Positions 23,953 through 33,534 of a stretch of 64,000 nucleotides of DNA are shown in pieces (position 1 is the first letter of the stretch; each line of letters opens with the position of its first letter). The position numbers were made by a program, and so were the translations under genes. A model generated the notes under the pieces. The model searched no databases and was not told the DNA's origin. It saw only the letters and a list, made by a program, of their open reading frames with translations. This DNA comes from Macrostomum lignano. Taxonomy: Eukaryota. The DNA lies in the NCBI GenBank assembly GCA_002269645.1, contig NIVC01001426.1, positions 186,001-250,000 of the forward strand. The letters are read 5' to 3'.

Positions 23953-24926
23953 AAAACTAGCTGTAGTAGTATAGGAAATGTGGACTCTGCCGCAGGAATT
24001 TCCGTGGGAAAACCAACGTCCTATAGTGTGTAAACATAGCGCCTATGTAAATGCATTGGTGGACTCTGCCGCAGGGAAAGCCATGGAAATTCCATAGGGC
24101 CAAGTGAGAGTACATAGGCCTATGTGTTTGCATGGGAGAACTCTGCCGCGGGGAATGCCACGGAAATTAGGGGGGGGGGGGGGGCATAGCCGATGTTTTG
24201 ATGCATGGCATGGACTCTGGACTCAAAATAAACTGCATTGTATTGAGCCGACCAAAAAATGTTTTGAAAATATGTTTTCCTAAAGTTTGTAAACTTTCAC
24301 TTCCATCTCATTTGCCTTTCATCTCAGCAAGAGTTCTGTGAACATTTGTATGTGCTACTATATGAGCATTCTACTGAAACAAAATAGGAAAATTGTTGCA
24401 ATTTCGCTACATATAAAATGAGTCCTGAAGGAAATGTTAAGCAATTCTGAATTTATATAAACAATTCAAAGAGAGGCTTCTTAGATGGTGACTGTGTGTA
24501 CTGTTTGGTGATGAGTTCCTCCGCACTCTAGTAAATGAACTAAATGAACTAAATGGATCTTAGTAAATGAATAACTTGAATTGGACAAAATTTTTGTGAA
24601 AGTGAGCTTGCAAAGCTTATTGCCTTGTTATTGTTTTTATTGATACTGCTGACTTGGCGGCGGGGAAGTGGGGTGGTGGTCTTTAAAACTAGCTGATATG
24701 ACTGGGGACTGGGGAATGTTATCAGTTTTATTACTGTTGTTTAATAACGGTAAGAAAATAATTAGTGTATACACATATGTAACGTGTAAACATATCTGTG
24801 TGTGTGCATATAGGGCGAATCGATATATCGATATTCGGATATAAGGACTGAAAAACTTTCTACTTGCCCCATTTAAGTCTGATTGTGTTTAATCAATACT
24901 CGTTCGAGTTCTATTAAAAAACAATA

Positions 24927-25553
24927 ATGAGCAGGACACGTTGCCCATCCTATGTGCATGAGGTTTGCACTACATGCAATATAAGCCGACTCGGTGGGTT
25001 CAAACCGTATGAGCACACTGCTCGTGAGACCTGCAACATCACACGCTGGCTGATCTGCTACGAATGTAAATCCATCGAAATTTTTACTGCTAGAGGCCAA
25101 TCAAAAAGACATGGAGGTCACATCGTCATAAATTGGAGCTCGGCTGAGGCTCGGGAGCAAGCCCGCATCATCGCTTTGGAGGTGGCAGAGCAGGAAGAGG
25201 GGCGCAGGGCTGCTGAGCGAATCCGAGAACCTGAGAGCTCACTGAGCCAGGTTATCTCGAGTGTATGTGGTTGGCCATCGATGATGGTCACCGCTGCGCT
25301 GTCTGCCGCCGCTGCTGCTCCCCCGCCGATCACCGCTGAGCTGCCTGCCGCCGCTGTTGCTCCCCCGCCGATCATTTCTGACATTCTCCGCGAGCTCGAA
25401 TCTGGCCCTGCTCAACCGCCAACTATGGAAGCGGAAGCAATGGCAGGAGCATCAACGGGTGCGGCTGAGACTGCTTCTTCTGGAGTGCAGCCCAATTTGT
25501 ATGTCTATTCAACTTTCCAGGGTAACTTTCGAATCCGACTGAGCAACTCATAA
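24927..25553 (+). CDS. Hypothetical protein with two CxxC pairs and an Ala/Pro-rich tail
   Basis: 208-aa open frame with CTTC and CYEC in GC-rich sequence within an AT-rich surround; family not recognised. Confidence 0.35.
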   Translation: MSRTRCPSYVHEVCTTCNISRLGGFKPYEHTARETCNITRWLICYECKSIEIFTARGQSKRHGGHIVINWSSAEAREQARIIALEVAEQEEGRRAAERIREPESSLSQVISSVCGWPSMMVTAALSAAAAAPPPITAELPAAAVAPPPIISDILRELESGPAQPPTMEAEAMAGASTGAAETASSGVQPNLYVYSTFQGNFRIRLSNS

Positions 25554-26607
25554 TTTTGCATTCATTTATCGCTAAAAAAGGTTTGGTTAATCATCAAAAA
25601 ATGTGTAATTCTTTAATGTGTAATTTATATAGTTTGTAGTGATTAATGTGCAGAGATTAACAGCCGAAAGACTATACGATATCTATTGTTTACAATATAA
25701 GTGGCTTACAAAGTCAAAAATGGATATTGTTCAGTTGTAGCTTGGAAACAAATTTTCGAAAGCACAATTACAGTTTCGAATTAGCTAATGCGATCTCTCA
25801 TTACAGGGATTATGTTCTCCTACATTAAAGAGGTGAGAAGTGGGGTACATACTATCTAAATGACAATTGTGGTTTTTCGGCTGTTATCTTATAGGGCCGT
25901 ACTATGCTCTACTGTTAATGTGTTTATCAGCTATCCGGAACCCAATAATTTTTTAAAGCTATAAAATAAATGCTCGTCGCTCTGTGCCTCATATTTTCAA
26001 TAATGTACCCGGCAAATTTTGTTTAAAGTTTTTAGTGCTTCTATTTGCTTTCATTAATTTTGCAAATATTTAATTCGAAATAAAATAATATGAGCATGAT
26101 GGCTTTGAATGCTACGGAATGTGCATGACTGGTTTTGACTTTTAATCCTTTTCTGCGTGAATTTGGATTAATATTTGGACAAAAGATAGGGTTGATTGCT
26201 TTTGATCAGGAGCTTTTGGTTTTATTTTGAGTTGATGCTTCAATAGTCTTGAGTCTATGGATTATACGTTGACAGACCGCTATGCTGATCCCTATAGAAT
26301 AATTGCTAGCATCTGTAACTAAATTCCAGCATCTGATTTCCACAAAATCGAAAAGATTTGAGCTGTCCGGTCCATCGAACTGACTGCTGCTAATGGTGGA
26401 TTCGGGTCGGAACTCAACAGGACCAGGGCTCGCTGCTGGAGTCTGCCGATTTCAGTTTCGAACCTGGGACCAACAGTGAGTTAGATTTTTTAGTTTGCAA
26501 ATTGTATGAAATATAAGCTATGAATCTGATAAATCATATAACAGAATCAGACCTAATGATTTTTAAATGAAATGGCCTAGTTTTATATTTTATGAGCAAC
26601 TTTCAAA

Positions 26608-27790
26608 TTGTTGGCATTCTCAAGCTCTGATCCGCTGATTACCGACATGCCAATTCCAGCATCTGAATCATATCAAAATACCATCCTTTGTCCGAATTTC
26701 GAAGAATTTCCGCAGTACATGCGAGAATTATGGGTACTGCTTCAACATGACAATGATCATTCTCATCATCATCAGCAGCAGCAGCCCGATGCGAACACGA
26801 CTGAGAATCCTACCTTTGCGCGCTACCGTGGAGTACAAAAATTAATGCTCACATGCTACAACAAGTTTTCCTATGTACTGCACTCGTCTGCTCTCCGATT
26901 CTATCTATCGCACGGAATGAAGTTGCCAGGATGATCGAATTCAGGCAAGAACCTGTCTTCGCGGACTACATTCCGATGAATAGCGAGAAGCGCTCTATGG
27001 CGAAAAGTGATTTCGAGAAGGATTTCTATAAACTGAAAAATAACTCCCCGTTTGGCAAAACAATGGAGAACGTGCGCAAGCGGCGGGACATCAGAGTGTG
27101 CAGTGACAAGAAAAAAGCCAAGACTGTTTCTTCACAACCAAATGTCGCATCATTCACAATCATTACGCCGTCACTCAGCATCTTTGAGCTTCAAAAGCAC
27201 GAAGTAACTCTTGATCGCCCAAATCTTCATGGGGCAGTGTGTTCTAGATCGCTCCAAGATCATCATGTATCGACTTTACTATGACAAAATAAAACTCATG
27301 CTAGAATTCCGTGATGGAGCGAGAGTTCGAGTTTTCGGTGGCGATACAGACTCGTTGTTTTTGAGCTTAGAGAACCTTAGTTTGCAGAGAGAAGTGCTGC
27401 TTGGACACCTCCAATTTTTTCACTAATCATCCTCTCTTCTCGAATCGGCTAAAGGCCAAGCTAGGCTGCATTAAAGATGAAGCTGGTGGACTGCAACAGA
27501 TTGAGTGGGTGCTGCTAAGGCCCAAGCTCTATTCTTTCCTCGCTGAAAGCTCGGCGGCATGCAAAGCAAAAGCAAAATGCATCCAACGAAGCGTGCTATG
27601 TCAAGATTTTCAAGGGGGCTTCAAAGCTGTCGCTCACTGTTCGTCGAATTGGAAGTGAGAAACATCGCGTTTTCACCATTGAGCAACGCTCTCAGTATCT
27701 GGGAGGACAAGCGAGCATGGATTGGCCCGAACTCAAGTCTTCCGTTCGGCCACTTTCAGCTGTCAATCAGGGGTAGTCCGAAAAGGACAG
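26608..27790 (+). pseudogene. Protein-primed DNA polymerase B, 3' half, several frameshifts
   Basis: FEKDFYKLKNNSPFGKTMENVRKR (KL..NS.FGK), GQCVLDRSK..MY..YYD, GDTDSLF, DTSN, KDEAGG, LRPKLYS, KAK.I motifs spread over three frames. Confidence 0.9.
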
Positions 27791-28532
27791 CGGACTGCTT
27801 AGAGTGATGCTTTGCACATCTGTGTAACTTTTGCACTTGAAATTTATTGACTTCTTACTTATGTACTCCATGAATTGTTTCAGTGGTTTAATTAATCTGA
27901 ATGATGATGATGATGATGATGATGGATGATGAAGGATGATGATAATGACAATGCTGGAACGAATAGAGCCAATTCAGTTAGTTACATATTTGTAGTCTCT
28001 AAGCAACTAACTGAACGTAGCATTTTCGAGTTGAGTTGCTTCAGATTTATTTCAATACGAACTTGTGAAAGCCATGTTGGAATAATTTGCGTCATATTGG
28101 TTTGGCTTTCCCCTTTTTTATTATCCTTGAATTTTTGAGCAATTGAATGAATTGAGTTACTGTCCTTTTTTATCTTTGCTAGCTTTGCTACTCATATTTT
28201 TGTAACCATTATCCAATGATTATCAGAAAAATATTTGCTTCCATTTTCATTTCTGCTTGTTCTTTTTCGTTTTTATTTGTCTTAGCAGTGCATAATCTGA
28301 GCGATAGGTGTGCTTTTTTTCTTGAGTTGGTGGTGGTCTGATTCAATTTTCTATACTCAAACTAATATTGCGATTTCAGTTATGAAAATAAAGAAAAAGT
28401 CGATCGAAGTCTGATTTTCAGGTATATTGATTAAAATGCACGCATCTTAATACGTGGTATATGCATGCAAAATTATTACATTTTTGTTCGGCTGTCGTCT
28501 TTTTATTTAATTGTTGAAACATATGGTTATTA

Positions 28533-29096
28533 TTAGCACAGAAAACGGACAAGCAAGGAAAAGTCGGAAATTAGCATGCTCATTGTTTTTGCACCACTGA
28601 GAACGAATGAGCCATTGTGAAAAAGCAGGCATCTGCAGAAGCTTAGTTTGCAGATCAAAGCAGAAAATGATTCTGGCTCATATTGAGCACTTGGTAAAGT
28701 GTTTACAAGATTAGCGAGGGGAAGTGCTCTGCACAAGTCAATCTTCCCATGAGCAGTAATAGTTTTAATCCGCACATGCACAGCTTGATGAGGCAGCAGT
28801 TGAGCAGGCACTCTGCGATGCAGCATAGCCACGAAGCGATGAGCGGCCCTGACTGAGGCCGAGTAGCTCCGGGCGCCACAGATACTCAGTTGTCCAGTCG
28901 GATAGAGCAATAGAGTCACTCTGGGATTCCGCATCCTCTTGATAAGCACTCGGGGCCAGACGGGGCGATAGATGACATGAGCCATGCTGAGAGCCAGTTC
29001 CCGCAGAGGCAACTGGGCACCCCTGCCTCCAGCCAGTCTCAGATCCACTCCGCCGACCAGATTGGTCACTCGCAGGGCTGTCGCAGGTGTACTCAT
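28533..29096 (-). CDS. TATA-binding-protein-like protein (intronless, inside the Polinton)
   Basis: Both TBP core repeats are present: TNLV...YRPVWPRVLIKRMRNPRVTLLLYPTGQLSICGARS and YEPESFSALICKL...LLFHNGSFVLSGAKT; ATG-to-TAA open frame of 187 aa. Confidence 0.88.
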   Translation of the reverse strand: MSTPATALRVTNLVGGVDLRLAGGRGAQLPLRELALSMAHVIYRPVWPRVLIKRMRNPRVTLLLYPTGQLSICGARSYSASVRAAHRFVAMLHRRVPAQLLPHQAVHVRIKTITAHGKIDLCRALPLANLVNTLPSAQYEPESFSALICKLSFCRCLLFHNGSFVLSGAKTMSMLISDFSLLVRFLC

Positions 29097-29099
29097 TTA

Positions 29100-29610
29100 G
29101 ATAGTCCTTTCTGTCAGTGGTGCTGTCTTTGCGAGCTTTTGAGTGGTGCGGGCACACCTCGCTTCTTAAGTTGATGCAGAACTTTAGCTTCAGCCAGTTG
29201 TAGTACAATATTAAATTTTTCACAGCGCAACCAGTATCAGATGCTTGAATCAAAGGTGATCCCAGATCCTCTAGGTTGTACACCTGTCTGCCAAGCAGCT
29301 CAGTCAGAAAGATGAACTTCTTCGCCCCGCTTGTCCAGGTGGGGCCGTAAGCAATGTTTAGAATGTCATTTGCCAAATGCATGTACGGTCTGGATCCATC
29401 TGTCCACTTGAAATTATGCAAATTATTTGAGAGCTTTCTGTAATGCACTTGCATCTCAGGTGAGATTCTCTCCCATGAGAACGGAGAAGCGTACACGTGA
29501 TGAGTGATATGGTAACTGCCTGCCCGGACTTGGGCAATGGCCAGCTCCTTCACAACGAAATCTCTGCTCGATCTCTCGCGTGGGAAGCCTTGGAAGTCAA
29601 TATAGTTCAT
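29100..29610 (-). CDS. DEDD-like nuclease-fold ORF common in Mavericks
   Basis: MNYIDFQGF...FVVKELA...SPF.W...H...W..G..PY...K..FL..LL...V.NLEDLG.P...CAVKN...W. The frame reads on to 28765, overlapping the TBP ORF. Confidence 0.6.
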
Positions 29611-29650
29611 GATCGGATGGTGTCAAGATACCAGATGTCGGGAAGCCGAC

Positions 29651-30342
29651 TCAGTTCCCCTTCTTAAATAGGTTTTTCCTGCTCAGCTGTAGCCAGGCTC
29701 TCTCACTCCCGAATCCCTTAACTGTATGATGTGCAGGGGTGGCCTCTGGAGAAACAGCCGGTTTAGAAATTAGCTGCCTTACTGACTTTCCTATGGCCGA
29801 AGCTGGGATGTTGAGCTTTCTGTCTTGAAGCAATTAGACAAACTCACTCCAGCCTACCGGCTCGCTGGCACACTTCGAATCCCTCACCGCACTGTGAAAC
29901 AAATCCAGGATGTTTGAGGAGGGTATTGTCTTCCCAGAAATTTGCGCCTCGCCATTTTCGGACACCTGAATCAGAGAGGGATTGCCAGATAGGATGGCCC
30001 ATAGACTGCGGGCTCTCGCTTTAAACTTCTGCGGCACGGATTGGGTGATCTTTCCCCCCAGCTGCTGGGTGCAATATCTGTTTTCAGCATCTTTGCATCA
30101 CTCGCAGGTACCGCACCATCCTTTCCAGTCCGCTTGCACTTGGCCAGCAAACTCTTCATCGCATCGTGGTACATGGCAGCTTTCACATCGTCTGGGCAAT
30201 CCTCGGCAAGCAAAATATCAGTGCATTTCCTCTGCGCATATCTCACGGCAGTGTCGAGTTCAGACTCGACTGGCTTCAAATTCTGTGTGAGCATGTCGTA
30301 CTCTGACTTGGGGATCAGAACCATCTCTGAGAACTTATTCAT
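29651..30342 (-). pseudogene. Conserved Maverick ORF (frameshifted into three pieces)
   Basis: MVLIPK...; P.KFKARA...L.....I.....GE..ISG..IPSSNILDL...; P.GW..F; L...NIPASAIG - a pattern recurrent in animal Mavericks. Confidence 0.6.
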
Positions 30343-30682
30343 TTTTCTTCTTTTTCTTCACTAGCTTTATTAGAATGTAGAGAATTTTGATAAAACCCGT
30401 ATTTAGCAGATCCGCAGTTCTTCTATGTGCAGAAATTTTGCGGATTATTTGCTTTTGCTTCACCAGCGCTGCCTTTTGAGTGAGTGAGAACGACAGAGTG
30501 TTTTGCAATAGGTTGTAGCAGGCCTCAATGAGAAATTCACGTACGGCTTTTGGACCCGCTCTGATCAACAGACGTTTAAAGCTGATGGAATATTTCGGTG
30601 ACGCGAGAACATCAAACAAACTTTCATGTGAGTCGAATGTTTCCATTATCATTAGTGTTGCAGAATATAGAGCAAATGGCAA
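30335..30682 (-). CDS. Small basic conserved Maverick protein
   Basis: REFLIEACYNLLQNTLSFSLTQKAALVKQKQIIRKI resembles the ICE..LN.L.GN..L...QK..L..HK..LR.L Maverick protein. The true start is probably downstream of 30682. Confidence 0.55.
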   Translation of the reverse strand: MPFALYSATLMIMETFDSHESLFDVLASPKYSISFKRLLIRAGPKAVREFLIEACYNLLQNTLSFSLTQKAALVKQKQIIRKISAHRRTADLLNTGFIKILYILIKLVKKKKKNE

Positions 30683-30699
30683 AATCTTGGCTGTTATTC

Positions 30700-31353
30700 T
30701 TAAGTGTAAACCAGGTGGGGTCGCTGATTGGGCAGGATTCGAGCCCGGACGCGCAGCTCATCAGGGGTGGAAGGGTGAAAATCCAGGAGCAGGTAGGCTC
30801 CCCTGCTGTGCGATGTCACGTGCTTGAACACTGACAGCAGAAAGCCGGGCTTCTCAGCAAAGCACTGCCTGCCCAGCGCTGCAATCTGCAGCTGGTCTCT
30901 GGGGTTCTTCATGATCACAAAGTACATCGCATTCAGACTCATTGTTCGCAACTCCTTCCCTTTAAAAAATACATTTTGGGTGAGCATAACCAGAAAGCAG
31001 GGCAAATGATGGGCAATTCCAGTAAAAACATTTCGCATTGCAGCAGAATTGGAAGTTTCTTCAATCAGGTCATCAAATACAACCAGGTCATTGGGTCTCA
31101 GTGCGGTCTCGATACTGCTGGGAAATCCCTGCTGCAGGTGCACGCCGAGACTGCTGAGCTCAGAGTGTGCTGCTTGTGAAATCCCGTAGTACCACAGAAC
31201 TCTCCCAGGCTTCACATCAAACATGACATCCTTGTATTGTATCAGATGTTTCACGAAGGTTGTCTTTCCTGCATTTGTAGGCCCGCTGACAATCATGTAG
31301 CTTCCCTGTCGCAGGCGCACATCATAACAGTTTATCCTCTCACGTTTTTCCAT
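30700..31353 (-). CDS. A32/FtsK-like DNA packaging ATPase
   Basis: Walker A GPTNAGKT, Walker B LVVFDDL, LTQN, R..SLNA.Y, KNPRD, YL..D.HP.TP; intact 217 aa. Confidence 0.92.
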   Translation of the reverse strand: MEKRERINCYDVRLRQGSYMIVSGPTNAGKTTFVKHLIQYKDVMFDVKPGRVLWYYGISQAAHSELSSLGVHLQQGFPSSIETALRPNDLVVFDDLIEETSNSAAMRNVFTGIAHHLPCFLVMLTQNVFFKGKELRTMSLNAMYFVIMKNPRDQLQIAALGRQCFAEKPGFLLSVFKHVTSHSRGAYLLLDFHPSTPDELRVRARILPNQRPHLVYT

Positions 31354-31364
31354 CGCCTGTTGAG

Positions 31365-31905
31365 CTAAATCCTTAATTTAAAAAGTCTAATTAAATTTCT
31401 TTTTCTTAAGCAACTCTCAAACCTTTGCAGCATTCTCTCATTCAAGTGGCTCTGCTGATTTGCATGGAGGTGCCGCAGAACCCTCCATGCAAACGTGCTT
31501 GAAATGAAACTTTTGATAGAAAAATAGAGACAGAACAAACCGCATTTAGCAGAGTCGCAGCTCTGAATTCGATTCACGTTGCCACGTAAGTAGAATGGAG
31601 AATACCAAAAGGATTTCAGTGCTCCGTGAATGATCTCTAAAGTGCTGGAGTCCCAGCTCAGAGAGTTAAAGAGTTCTATGGAATTCTCCTTATCAGCATA
31701 GCAAACCACCCAGTGACCGAAGGATGCAGCTGTACTGAAGCAGAAAGAAAATAAACTTACATCGAGATAAATTTCTTTTGAGAGTTGCTCGCTGAATAAA
31801 GTTTAAAGCATAAGATGTTTTATTTATTAAATTCAAGACAATAATTAAATAGTTATTTTGAGGTAAAAAGCTTTTAGCCAGTTTAAGCAATTGAAAAGCA
31901 TCCAT
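31365..31905 (-). pseudogene. Adenain-like cysteine protease (frameshifted)
   Basis: GHWVVCY...ELFNS...RIQSCDSAKCGLFCLYF gives the His, Gln and Cys positions (Asp replaced by Asn). The probable N-terminus MDAFQL (31905) is in another frame. Confidence 0.8.
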
Positions 31906-31928
31906 ATTAGCGTTGCGCCAGCGTACTC

Positions 31929-32635
31929 CTAGGATGGAAAATCTAGCAGAATCTCCCTGTGCTTCGTGACCTCAATCAGTGAGTCATACAGGCACATAAC
32001 AATCAGAGATACAGGCTCCTCCAGGGCCTGTCGGAAGCGAATCTCCAGCCGCAAATTGCCCTCCTTCTGTCCGTACCACAGGGCCGCTCCCTCAGGCGTG
32101 AGATCGAATGCGAAAGCTGTGTTGCCGTTGGAGAACAACTGGTAGGAGACCCACGGAACCGAGTTGGTACTTGGTAGGGCTGGCTGACTGACAGCTTTTC
32201 AGGTAGTTTAAGTACTCTCTCACGAATGAATTATTCTCAGGTGCAAATGCAGCGTGGCACATGGCTTCACCACCTTTCTTTAGTGCTAGCTGGCTGAGGT
32301 TGAAGCTCTGGAACTCGAAGGGGCTCGAATGGTGATAGCCATTGAAGGCTCGGTGGTTCACGAAGACCAGCATAACGAACTTCGGCAGTTTGCCATGGGT
32401 GAATCCTTCAATGTTTTTTGACTGAATTCTCTGGGGTAGAATAAAGTTTTGCATTTCGGTTCGCTCGATGGGGTAAAGTGCGTTCTGATTGGTCAGTCCC
32501 TTGCTCATGCGCCAGGCTGATGTGAGGCGCCACTTTGACTCGGCGCAGGTTCAGAATGCAGTGGGAGATTTCCATTCGGTAGGCTGTGTTGTTATCATTT
32601 GGGGTTCGAATGGCGAATGCAGCATCGCTGGGCAT
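31929..32635 (-). pseudogene. Polinton major capsid protein, 3' half only, two frameshifts
   Basis: LNLRRVKV.P.I.LAHE / ALYPIERTE...GKLPKF....V...AFNG....PFEF / AFDLTP...GNLRLEIRF..AL...V.LIV...D..IEV...R.I..D. The 5' half is replaced by otopetrin sequence at 32640. Confidence 0.88.
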
Positions 32636-32639
32636 CAGC

Positions 32640-33534
32640 TGAGCGCGCTCATCACGTAGTACTCAATTAGGAACGGATAAAGACTTCGAATGATTGAGTC
32701 AATAGGAACCCTTGTACAATAGGAGCCAGCAAACTCCCCGTGGGCAGTTTCATTGAAAATTATTTCTCTCAATTCGAAGCCGACATTTATGAACCAGGTG
32801 GAAATGTTTGTGGCAATGACGTGGGCAAAAACTAAGCAGGCTGCGCGCAGCTTCCATTGGAAGCTTACCCTGTGGTACAGAATGGAAAACCTCGTCTGAG
32901 TTATAATAAAAATTAGCAAAATCAGACGTCTGAATACGTCAGGCAGATTTTTGCGTAAAAATTCTGCACGTTCAATTGACGCAATAACTCCGCATTCCAT
33001 TTCGATTATGATGGACAAGCAAGAGAATAGCGCGAATAGCAGTGACGTGAAGATCAAGAGCATGGATGGCGAGCTGTTCAGCCTCCTTGGCAGGTAGGCA
33101 TATCGATCAACACTCTTCAGAAGCAAAACTCCTGCTTTTTGTTGCAGCAGGTCTGATTGAGACCCATGGTCGCACACCTGCAATGCAACTAGAGGCAGTT
33201 TGCCTTGCACTATGGCCCACCTCTGCAGGTACAGAAGTCCAGCTATGGCGGGAAGCAGGTAGGCGCATTTAATACCAAACCAAGTCCATTTAATGATGCC
33301 TCGATTTTTGGCACCTCGATCGCTTGCATCAGTTTTTTCGACGTCCTCTAAGAAGTCCTGCGTTTCAACAATAGTAGTTACAAAGCCTAGGGCAATCAGC
33401 AACATCGCATAGATGAAGCACTTCAGCTTGAACACCGTAGAGATTTCCATCGTTGTCGGCTGCACCTCTGATTTTGATAGCAGGTGCTGACGCTCCGTGG
33501 TGATGTCGGCCTGTAGGGTTGAAATTGTCGTCAA
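32640..33534 (-). pseudogene. Otopetrin 5' half (duplicate), truncated after TM6
   Basis: Near-identical to 19190-20079; retains LYPFLIEYYVMSAL, then stops at the MCP junction. Confidence 0.9.

Larger units (their letters stand above)
26608..32640. mobile_element. Decayed Polinton/Maverick (adintovirus-like) element
   Basis: Co-located pPolB (+) and a minus-strand block of MCP, adenain-like protease, packaging ATPase, two conserved Maverick ORFs, a DEDD-like ORF and a TBP-like ORF. Integrase, minor capsid protein and TIRs not found. Confidence 0.9.

Noticed and set aside
20925-24033. Very long ORFs (up to 747 aa)
   Set aside because: Translation of a stop-free 25-bp satellite, open in all three + frames; not protein-like.
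28765-29096. Overlapping-gene arrangement of the DEDD-like ORF over the TBP-like ORF
   Set aside because: Family similarity ends near 29200; the extension is probably loss of a stop or an open alternative frame in GC-rich sequence.
32633-32637. TGATG stop-start overlap between the otopetrin fragment and the capsid remnant (possible reinitiation or fusion)
   Set aside because: It falls at a rearrangement junction, the ATG is an internal capsid Met, and the downstream capsid is frameshifted; most likely chance.
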